From Balanoglossus misakiensis (lineage: Eukaryota > Animalia > Hemichordata), in contig CM082577.2 of assembly GCA_040954595.2 (NCBI GenBank), positions 12,433,654 to 12,497,653 on the forward strand: 64,000 nucleotides of DNA, read 5' to 3'. The notes under the pieces are model-generated. The model saw nothing but the letters and a program-made list of their open reading frames with translations, was not told where the DNA came from and made no database searches. Numbering within the stretch: the stretch's first letter is position 1; each line of letters begins with the position of its first letter. Positions 55,801 through 62,124 of this stretch are shown here, one piece after another. A program made the position numbers and the translations under genes.

Positions 55801-58800
55801 GTTGATATATGTTTTCGTACTATTAAGATGAGTATGTTTGTCATTCTTTCCATTCAAAGCAAACTTTGCATGTTCCATGATTTGCTATCCAGTCATACAT
55901 ACATCCATCAATACATATATACTGGTATACTGTACATACCGGTACATACATCCATCCACACACACACACACACCGTACATTACATACCGTACATTACATA
56001 CATACATTACATACATACATTACATACATACCGTACATACATATAAACATACATACATACATACCATCTTGTTCTGTGTATACGAACTATCATCATTTAA
56101 TTTATAACTTTCAACACAATATTTTACCAAAATCATTTCTACAATAGCTGTTAAGTGTTCAGACCCAACTATTGATCACTATATGCCTATGTTAATTGTT
56201 ACAGACAAAAAGCAATGCTTTACATTGGGCTGTGAAATACAGTGAAAGCAGACAAGACAATGTGGATTTGATTTACAACAAAGGGGTTAAAGTGAATGCC
56301 TACAATGAGGTAAGTTCTGTTTTAATTAACTAGTATTTTACAGGATGAGAGTTTATATATGAGAAAAAATACTTTAAAGTAACCTTCAATTTTATTTGTT
56401 CCATGAAAGCAGGTATAAACTGTCGATATTATAAAATTTATGCAGAAATTATATTATGCATGGTATTTTATTTGTTGTATAGTAATATTGCATGTGCAAT
56501 GCACTATACCAATATTGAATAATGTTTTTTTAATTACAGAATGAGAAAACACCATTGTATGTTGCTGCGATCAATAAAAATGTGAAAGTGGTACAGTATT
56601 TACTCAAAAAAGAAAAGGCTAACTTTGAGGAATACACAGTAAGTGAAACCTACAAGAAAGCCAGAAGTGTTCTCAAAGTTTTGCAATTATGACATCCATT
56701 GAGTGTAATGAATTTAAACTGCGAACAAATGTTGGATATGTTACAGCTTAAACAGCCCGAACGCACCTCCGTTAATTGCCAAGTTTTCTTGTTCTGGTGA
56801 TGCCCTCAACGTTATGTCGTACACGCTGCCAGAAGTGGCATGAGAAAATCCTGCGCTTTTTTAATGTCAAGTTAACAAGCATGGACAGCAGTTGATTGTC
56901 TCAAATTGATAAAATGGCTAAAATTATATCTAAACTACATATCTGCGTGTTTTTTGTTCGACAAACATGTTTTCTTTGCAAGAATGAGCGAATTACAGAG
57001 TGACACCAGAACAAGTAAAATCAAAACATGCCGCACTTCCACTAATATGAACTGCTGCACTTTTATATAAAAAGGAATTTTGAAATTTAAGCATAATTTT
57101 CAGTGAATTCAATATATATTGTAATATAATAAAAAGAAATCATGATACAACCCCTAGAGGTCTTCACTCAAGTGCTCCTTAAAGGTATACAGTCACCTCC
57201 AATTTACATACGCCCATATATGGCTGAAATAGCATATTAGAGCGTTCTAAAGAACATATGGTGGCGCTCTTCTTTTCGCGTGTGCCACCCACTGAAAATC
57301 TGTGATTGGCTAGATCTCATTTTGCCATGGTAACTATGGTTAATTTTCCATAGGTGACCGTATACCTTTAATACTTTAGTCAATCTACGAGATTTGGGCA
57401 CCTAACCTACCAAAAATTGCAACATAATTTTTTTCTTCACAATGCATTTTGGAGAGCTGTCTAGAACAACATATTAAAAAAGCACTTGAATCCGCCTTGT
57501 GGAAATATGTCTAATTTGCCTAAAACCAATATTGGAGATTTATGGCCACATATTAAGAAATAAACATGCTTTTTAAGTTTAAAACTATTTCATGTGCATG
57601 AAGAACCATTTTGGAATGATATTTGACATGGGCGGACAGTTTTCCTAGAAAAACATATTTGGGCAATATATTGGTTACTAAGCAAGCTGTTTTAGTGTTT
57701 TTAATTCAAAATTACATCTATGACATTTGGAACAATTTTTATTTGCACTTTAAAATTTGCATACCGTAAATCCAATATGGCCACCAAATGAATGTTCAAC
57801 AGCTTATCATACTCCCTCATATATAGTATTCAAACTGTTGCTCTGCACAGTCTGCAATCATCAAATTGACATTGTGTTAAAATTGGCTAGCATATTCACT
57901 GTATTTTAGCCTATGAGTCTTGTATTGCCTTTCCCGCTCTCTCCCAGTGTTGAACAGTTTTTGTGGAGAGTAGTTTAATTATTATATAAAACAGACTTCT
58001 AAGATATCCCAGAAAGTATAACTACATGTAAGTTCCATGATTACTGGACAAAACAAATCACATGGTCTAGTCCGCACAGTGTGTACACTGGCTGCGCCTG
58101 CAATATTCGCGGCACTCAAGCCGCGTCACGGCAAAGTGTAAGGTTCACAAGAAAGCACCATACTTTTTTTATAAAACATCAGAAACACTTCAAATTTTGC
58201 CCAACGTTAAACTGATAAATAACCTAACTCACATTGTAAAAATTCTCGCACAACCTTCAATATTTCTTGAGATACACATAAGCAAACTTGAACTTGTCAC
58301 AACAACCCGTGTTCACCGGAAAATGAAGGGTTCATGAGAAAGTTCAGCACTTTTATATAAAATGTCCGAAACAATTCAAATTTAACACAGCTTTAGATTG
58401 ATAAATTACCTGACCTTGCACTGTGAACATTATTGTGCAAAGTCCAATATTTCTTGAGATACGGGTTGGTAAACTTGAAAAACATCACAATACCTCCGTT
58501 TTTCATTCAAGGTTGATCCTGGGAAAAAAACATCCACAGCCCAATAACATCATGCTTAAGATGCGATAATCTGCCAACATGACATGTCTGTACGATTCTA
58601 TATAGTTTTATCAATAGTGTTTTCATTTCAAAGTAAAGATGCTCCAATCAGACAAAATCGCATGTGTTTCCCACAGGTTTGCATAACAACATAAACAAGC
58701 TTCTATTTTGAAAATAATCATGTGACTAATATTCCAGTAAATGCCCTCATTGTTGGGGGTTGCGTTCGGGCTATAAACAAGGTGTTTAAGCATCATTTCT

Positions 58801-60826
58801 TGTGACAACTTGTTAAATACATATCAGACTGATGTACACACATGACCAGATGTCATAATGATACCAATGCTGGTTAAATGTTAAATGTGTATATGGTTAT
58901 CTCAAATTTACATATGCCCCTATATGGCTGACATTGCTTATTTCAGTGTCCTAAAGAACACATTGTGGCACTCTTTTTCGCGTATTCCACCCAATGAAAA
59001 CCTGTGAGTAACTAGATATCAATTAGTTAAGGTAACTATGGAAAAATCTGCATAGGTGGTCATATACCTTTAATTAAATTATGTATGTGTGGTAATCTAT
59101 CCATGTGATATATCTTACAGGATTTGACACAAAGTAGACCGCCTGTGTACCTTGCAGCAAAAATGAAAAACAATGCAATTACAATAATAAAGGTGTTACA
59201 AAAGGCTGGTGTTGATATTAATGGAACCCTGACATCAGAAGATTCTCAGATTGTAAGTTTGTAATTATTGTTGTTGGTTTTTTTTTCATTTAATATCAAT
59301 TAAAAGTTCCATGTGGGATCTTTAATCATAAACAATAGGAACTCATTTATATAACAAGTATTTATTCCGATTTTAATTTTCAAGTATCGTTTTGCTGGTT
59401 GCAAAGGGCAATAGGCATTTTGTCTAAAGGTCACAAATAAACTTATCTCTTTTACATACAGGAAAATAGGTAAAAAGAATGCCTTTTCCCGTTATATAGT
59501 TTTCCTAGATTATTTGGTTTTTATCTGGTTTTAACTTTAGGGACACTAAAATTAAATCACAGTCAATATTTTGGTCAAAATATTTATTAAGACATTTCCA
59601 CTATAATTAATCAGTAATACGTTTCCATAGGTTAACTATAACATAGATATAAATCTTCCACCAACTATTTGTAACAATTTGATCAACATTTGAAGTCTGT
59701 GATAATGTAGTTTTTCAGCAATACATACTGTTAATAATTCACTAACCTTTTGTTGTATACGGTTGTTTTTTTACATTGAAGAATGGGCTTACACCATTGC
59801 AACTTGCTTGTAAGGAAGGAGACTTAGGTGCAGTAAAGACTTTGATTGATGCTGGAGTGAAAGTAAATGCAAAAAATAAGGTAAGGTGATCTTGAAAATG
59901 TTTAATTCTTGTTAAATGTAATATTTTTATTTTGCATAAAAATGCAAATCTGATAGAGGCAACAGTTTCAGTAATGCTTAAAATAATAATTCTATTTTTT
60001 TTTTTTCATTTCAAAGGTCAAGGAGACGGCACTGCATACTTGCTGTTCATCAGACATAGAGATAGATGTAAATTTGTGTATTATGAGGCATCTAGTTGAG
60101 AAAGGGATAGATGTGAATGCAATTGACAAGGTAACTATATATAAAGTCGCCATGTACACAGACCCATCTGTCCACCCATCCACAGTCTGTCCTTCAGTCT
60201 GTTTAGAACAATTTCTACACCAAATTCCTGTCCCACCTGGTGTGTTCTATGTTAAAATTGTTGAATATATGGCAAATGGTGAACTACGATGATTTAGCAC
60301 AAGTTTGCCTTTTTATCTCAGCCGTTTTTATAAATATGCTTCCATAAATAAGCTCAACAACCAATGATTGTTCAAGTGAATATCACAATGTTTAATGTGA
60401 AATATCAGTTGCAGTGTTAAATGGCCATGAGCATATGACAAATCAGATTTATTGCACACTAGAGTCTACAAGCTAAGGACAATTTAGCCTGGTTTTAATC
60501 AAAATTTTGCCTGAACAGGTTAAAATGTGTCACAGTACATGGGTTCTCCATTATCCACCCGTTTGTAATCTGTTTTAGTGATTGTCTTATATTCAAAGTT
60601 TTGTAGACTCTAATTGGCTCAAAAACATTCTGTCACAACAATGATGAAGTGTGTCCCTGTTTGGATCCTTTCAATTTTACTATGTAACATTATATTATCA
60701 TTACAGGAAAATAAAACTGTTCTTCACACCACACTGGGTGGCATCTGTGGGAGTAATGAATATCCTTTTAGTAAACTTGTCAAGTTTCTTATTGAAAATC
60801 AGGCAAGCCTTACAGTAAAGGATTCG
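13787..60826 (+). CDS. Large multi-exon ankyrin-repeat protein gene (27 exons seen, both ends outside the window)
   Basis: 27 short exons with AG/GT boundaries translate to ankyrin repeats (GxTPLHxA...LLxxGADxN type) on the same strand. 26 of 27 are multiples of 3. Confidence 0.9.
14077..14791. mobile_element. Kolobok-like MITE (family A)
   Basis: TTAA on both sides; TIR GGTGG(T/C)A(T/C)TGCATGAAA; inverted copy at 27746-28408 and deleted copy at 20335-20662. Confidence 0.82.
15133..16422. repeat. Two tandem ~645-bp units, each ending in a ~145-bp palindrome; unclassified non-autonomous element
   Basis: Units start at 15133 and 15778; TTATCATACATGC...GCATGTATGATAA inverted ends; palindromes at 15631-15775 and 16274-16422. 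Confidence 0.85.
16781..16867 (+). CDS. ankyrin gene exon 2
   Basis: cag|MTRLHWAVNNFYRDVSRTLVKAGLDINEE|gtaaa, 87 bp. Confidence 0.82.
18684..18788 (+). CDS. ankyrin gene exon 3
   Basis: tag|LDDRSTILHHEVRSSEKEVVQLCVDLKADVHKQDG|gtaagt, 105 bp. Confidence 0.78.
18920..20334. mobile_element. Degenerate fold-back element with nested inverted repeats
   Basis: ~18925-19060 is inverted versus ~20210-20334, and ~19342-19438 versus ~20018-20114; internal blocks are shared with 52143-55450. Confidence 0.65.
20335..20662. mobile_element. Kolobok-like MITE family A, internally deleted, carrying a foreign segment
   Basis: Both TIRs present (GGTGGCATTGCATGAAA), flanks GTAA / TTAA; 20511-20648 is the reverse complement of ~22037-22167. 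Confidence 0.78.
20960..22167. repeat. ~176-bp tandem repeat array (about 7 units; central ones near-identical)
   Basis: Identical spurious ORFs recur at 21367, 21543 and 21719 (period 176); motif GATGGAGGGGCCC recurs. Confidence 0.88.
22708..22806 (+). CDS. ankyrin gene exon 4
   Basis: cag|EKRTPLYYAVRNGQVDNTRVLLESDANFLPLSD|gtaag, 99 bp. Confidence 0.86.
23033..23173 (+). CDS. ankyrin gene exon 5
   Basis: tag|SHQEDTSSKTKWSASQQPVYLAAAMYERKDFVNTLQQSGRNIDEEFE|gtaat, 141 bp; an in-frame alternative acceptor lies 9 nt downstream. Confidence 0.75.
23289..23387 (+). CDS. ankyrin gene exon 6
   Basis: aag|DGLTALHVASYNDKKNAVEILIECGANINKQDK|gtaat, 99 bp. Confidence 0.9.
23897..23995 (+). CDS. ankyrin gene exon 7
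   Basis: cag|LGYTALHRAVLSRSESIVDVLLNKNIVKNAIDK|gtaag, 99 bp. Confidence 0.88.
24134..25107. mobile_element. Kolobok-like MITE (family B)
   Basis: TTAA on both sides; TIR AGGGACAAAGTCTCTCTCTC(G/A)CTGCCCTTTT; imperfect internal inverted repeat ~24815-25050. Confidence 0.8.
25502..25597 (+). CDS. ankyrin gene exon 8
   Basis: cag|NERTALFCAAEKRYSDIIRLLLRAQCKIDPNS|gtgagt, 96 bp. Confidence 0.84.
26080..26187 (+). CDS. ankyrin gene exon 9
   Basis: tag|NGHDNIAQLHWAAKNLHQLIVCALKDGGINIDQYVE|gtatg, 108 bp. Confidence 0.8.
26709..26807 (+). CDS. ankyrin gene exon 10
   Basis: cag|SGMTSLQILSKERNLKGVEILVENGADINTFSV|gtaagt, 99 bp. Confidence 0.86.
26951..27741. mobile_element. Kolobok-like MITE (family C)
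   Basis: TTAA on both sides; TIR GATG(A/G)GTCCCCCG(T/G)ATCTTTTTGC(T/C)CGTTGCTATGGGCCTTT. Confidence 0.8.
27746..28408. mobile_element. Kolobok-like MITE family A, inverted relative to the 14077 copy
   Basis: TTAA at 27742-27745 and 28409-28412; the body is the reverse complement of 14077-14791 with indels. Confidence 0.84.
28488..28628 (+). CDS. ankyrin gene exon 11 (acidic Ser-rich insert)
   Basis: tag|EGHTALYYASSVKESDSETSSGEDSDCVAITKQFLSKGAQLMKETNK|gtgag, 141 bp. Confidence 0.8.
29208..29390. mobile_element. ~185-bp Kolobok-like MITE (family D)
   Basis: TTAA-AGGTATACAGTCACC...GGTGACCGTATAC; further copies at 57183-57367 and 58885-59069. Confidence 0.75.
30173..30282 (+). CDS. ankyrin gene exon 12 (110 bp, out of phase)
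   Basis: cag|ELPLLWAVSRCRKDIVKNLLSAGIDINR...|gtaagt; length is not divisible by 3. Confidence 0.65.
31180..31284 (+). CDS. ankyrin gene exon 13
   Basis: cag|SSVDKSVLQLAAESGKCESVRLCIEMGSKVNLQDV|gtaagt, 105 bp. Confidence 0.8.
31615..32345. repeat. Cluster of palindromic non-autonomous elements
   Basis: Imperfect palindrome ~31840-32026 and near-perfect palindrome 32055-32181; one arm of the latter recurs at ~17716-17783. Confidence 0.75.
33128..34307. mobile_element. AT-rich fold-back element with ~420-bp TIRs
   Basis: ~33128-33549 is nearly the reverse complement of ~33886-34307; flanked by CAGGTG on both sides. Confidence 0.88.
34600..35855. mobile_element. Mutator (MULE)-like non-autonomous element, copy 1
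   Basis: ~100-bp TIRs starting CAATCTGATTAAAATCAGATG; 9-bp TSD GGTCTATGT (34591-34599, 35856-35864). Confidence 0.85.
36741..36836 (+). CDS. ankyrin gene exon 14
   Basis: cag|EFKTPLFYAVKSKDTDTVKELLKAGATFYENM|gtaag, 96 bp. Confidence 0.86.
37940..42566 (-). pseudogene. Gypsy gag-pol polyprotein, frameshifted and interrupted
   Basis: gag 42566-42057; CRKCQKVGHFSKVC knuckle; LIDSGAGV protease; NISDD RT; RNase H and integrase (AHSGHQG, DNGPPF) in 39778-37940. Confidence 0.92.
39978..40630. mobile_element. Non-autonomous hAT-like element with 5-bp TSD
   Basis: TIR CAGGGCTCGAAATTA; GAAAC at 39973-39977 and 40631-40635; removal restores pol ...EISF|YGNHFSGDG. Confidence 0.86.
42678..44425 (+). 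mobile_element. HINE-like element with ~240-bp internal tandem repeats, inserted in the Gypsy 5' leader
   Basis: 5' hairpin AGGTCCCAT...ATGGGACCT, (GTAT/GGAT)n microsatellite, about 5 units of 239-240 bp (~43200-44360), 3' TTGCTGCTTGCAG end. Boundaries approximate. Confidence 0.65.
44737..45944. mobile_element. MULE-like non-autonomous element, copy 2, inside the Gypsy 5' LTR
   Basis: Same orientation as and near-identical to 34600-35855; no TSD, and adjacent LTR sequence is missing. Confidence 0.85.
46577..46699 (+). CDS. ankyrin gene exon 15
   Basis: cag|SEEGNNKTNETNIYVAATKYQDNEMVSTLKRADENIDDCDD|gtaagt, 123 bp; resembles exon 5. Confidence 0.78.
47199..48700 (+). mobile_element. Degenerate Kolobok-type transposon with THAP-like and transposase remnants
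   Basis: Imperfect TIRs with TCAA / TTAA flanks; subterminal inverted blocks ~47270-47340 and ~48583-48652; MAYCCAVGCRN at 47514; CDSPGCSAKYGSYT at ~48010. Confidence 0.72.
49257..49577. mobile_element. Short degenerate MITE related to the MULE-like family
   Basis: Ends AATCTGATTAAAATCAGCTG and CAGCTGATTTTAATCAGGTT share the terminal motif of 34600-35855. Confidence 0.5.
49853..49951 (+). CDS. ankyrin gene exon 16
   Basis: aag|DAQTALHRTCRKGYLEAAEILLDCGANNFEKDK|gtaat, 99 bp. Confidence 0.88.
50254..50352 (+). CDS. ankyrin gene exon 17
   Basis: cag|KGRQALHHAVLSGNSKLVTLICENSADMQAGDE|gtatt, 99 bp. Confidence 0.87.
50913..51011 (+). CDS. ankyrin gene exon 18
   Basis: tag|EGKTALHYAAVHCEMEMVQTLLKCNANINSADK|gtatg, 99 bp. 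Confidence 0.9.
51349..51465 (+). CDS. ankyrin gene exon 19
   Basis: cag|DGKTALYDVLDSIEDNKGKKIMMAKFLLHEKAKIHKTEE|gtaagt, 117 bp. Confidence 0.83.
51969..52064 (+). CDS. ankyrin gene exon 20
   Basis: cag|DNLLHFYWAAQESEKILESLQTAEEDINGLHE|gtatc, 96 bp. Confidence 0.75.
52143..55450. mobile_element. Composite fold-back repeat region (same family as 18920-20334)
   Basis: Hairpin ~52143-52590; outer inverted pair ~52700-52845 / ~55310-55440; inner inverted pair ~54497-54662 / ~54838-55003. Confidence 0.65.
53403..54365 (+). mobile_element. HINE-like element, full length, with ~120-bp internal tandem repeats
   Basis: 5' TTTTTAGCTC, (CGTC)n tract, ~120-bp repeats, 3' TGACCGACAGGTCA-CTTGT; inserted at a T run whose empty site is visible at ~19735-19745. 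Confidence 0.75.
55662..55772 (+). CDS. ankyrin gene exon 21
   Basis: cag|VDGMKCTTLQYAIKENAPLKVLECLISRGADVNRLDD|gtaagt, 111 bp. Confidence 0.85.
55893..56065. repeat. Compound microsatellite (CATA/CA/TACAT)n
   Basis: Low-complexity repeat visible directly. Confidence 0.8.
56205..56309 (+). CDS. ankyrin gene exon 22
   Basis: cag|TKSNALHWAVKYSESRQDNVDLIYNKGVKVNAYNE|gtaagt, 105 bp. Confidence 0.85.
56540..56638 (+). CDS. ankyrin gene exon 23
   Basis: cag|NEKTPLYVAAINKNVKVVQYLLKKEKANFEEYT|gtaagt, 99 bp. Confidence 0.87.
57183..57367. mobile_element. Kolobok-like MITE family D
   Basis: TTAA on both sides; TIR AGGTATAC(A/G)GTCACCT. Confidence 0.8.
58885..59069. mobile_element. Kolobok-like MITE family D, diverged copy
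   Basis: Colinear similarity to 57183-57367; TTAA flanks. Confidence 0.65.
59121..59252 (+). CDS. ankyrin gene exon 24
   Basis: cag|DLTQSRPPVYLAAKMKNNAITIIKVLQKAGVDINGTLTSEDSQI|gtaagt, 132 bp. Confidence 0.84.
59782..59880 (+). CDS. ankyrin gene exon 25
   Basis: aag|NGLTPLQLACKEGDLGAVKTLIDAGVKVNAKNK|gtaag, 99 bp. Confidence 0.9.
60017..60130 (+). CDS. ankyrin gene exon 26
   Basis: aag|VKETALHTCCSSDIEIDVNLCIMRHLVEKGIDVNAIDK|gtaac, 114 bp. Confidence 0.86.
60707..60826 (+). CDS. ankyrin gene exon 27
   Basis: cag|ENKTVLHTTLGGICGSNEYPFSKLVKFLIENQASLTVKDS|gtaagt, 120 bp. Confidence 0.84.
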
Positions 60827-61236
60827 GTAAGTTGGTTGGTTGGTTGTATCGGTATGTATGTATATGAGTATGTATGTATGTATGTATGTATGTATGTATG
60901 TGTTTGATAGAGTGTGGGACTGGGCCTCGACATGTGTTTGACTCTCGCTTGGGATTCTCCCTGTATTGAGGGTTGAGGGCGCCAGACAGGGGTCGGGGGT
61001 CAACAGTAGATCTGGGGTTCCACGAGGCAAGGGTTTCTTGTGTGTATGTACGTGAGGCAGCGAGATAAACAATACAACCTCTTGTTCGTGAGACGTCGTC
61101 CCCGTGTGCTTATATTAATCAACATTAACACTGGTGGCAGCGGTGGGATCAAGCATACATCGTGGTGAGCTGAGGAACTGACGTTAAATTGAACTTTAAT
61201 TTTGGAACATCGTACTGTAGTTTTCCGAGAAACAAG

Positions 61237-62124
61237 ATGGCGTCCAATGTTGTGCCATGGGATGGTAGCGACAATACAAAAATCGAAAGCCACATCAGTC
61301 AAGTCGAGGCTTATTTTACGGTCAAAGGAATCGAGGATGAAACAAAGAAGGTAGCGTTCCTTCATTTGTCACTGAAGGGTGAAGCAAAAGACTACTTCAC
61401 TGAGTTACAACAAAACCAACGTGAGACGTTTGCTCATGCTGCACAGGCTTTGAAGGACCGTTTTAAGAAATTGAAAACATCAATCCACTATCAACGTGAG
61501 CTGGCAGAACGTAAACAGAAAGTTGGGAAAACTGTCCATGAGCTGAAGTTTGCCATCCTTACTCTCGTGTCACGTGCCTATCCTACAGTTAAGGATTCGG
61601 ATGCTGTTCAAGCTTTAGCAGTGGCCCATTTTCGTACTGCCCTACATGCTGACATTGGTACTAAGTTGGACTGGGTCACAGATGAAAAGGCAACCTTAGA
61701 TGATCTAACAGCGAAAGCAGCCCAGATAGAAAGAGATGTGACTGTTAGAGTTGTCACAACTTCCGAAAACGAAAGCAATATTGAGGCTGGGGATAACGCA
61801 GTTTTAAACGATGTAGTACAGAAATTGGAAGAATTGACCACGGGACAGCAGCAACTGGCCAGCACAGTAGCAACTATTCAGACCCAAGTAACAAATAGAG
61901 GAAGAGGTCGCGGTCGAGGAAGAGGGAGAGGTGTTTCAGGATCCTGCTTTGTCTGCGGTCAACCCGGACACTTTGCTCGCAACTGCATGTATAATGCCAA
62001 TGCACAAGCCAGAATTCCAGGCCGTGGTTTTGCAGGTCAGTGTCACCGTTGTCAACAGCTGGGTCATCGTGCAGCTGAGTGTACAGCCCCAAGTCCTGTT
62101 TCTACAATTCCGGGAAACTTCTAG
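61237..62124 (+). CDS. Gypsy gag with RG repeat and two CCHC zinc knuckles
   Basis: ATG at 61237; CFVCGQPGHFARNC and CHRCQQLGHRAAEC. Confidence 0.88.
   Translation: MASNVVPWDGSDNTKIESHISQVEAYFTVKGIEDETKKVAFLHLSLKGEAKDYFTELQQNQRETFAHAAQALKDRFKKLKTSIHYQRELAERKQKVGKTVHELKFAILTLVSRAYPTVKDSDAVQALAVAHFRTALHADIGTKLDWVTDEKATLDDLTAKAAQIERDVTVRVVTTSENESNIEAGDNAVLNDVVQKLEELTTGQQQLASTVATIQTQVTNRGRGRGRGRGRGVSGSCFVCGQPGHFARNCMYNANAQARIPGRGFAGQCHRCQQLGHRAAECTAPSPVSTIPGNF

Noticed and set aside
58140-58500. Two diverged ~190-bp units
   Set aside because: Real but too decayed to define boundaries or family; probably an old transposon interior.
13787-60826. Assigning a gene symbol such as ANK1-3, ANKRD28/44/52 or TRPA1/TRPN
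   Set aside because: The repeats are too divergent and no diagnostic flanking domain is in the window.
61132-61149. tRNA-like sequence
   Set aside because: An 18-nt primer-binding site, not a tRNA gene; the same applies to 11571-11584 and 44680-44693.
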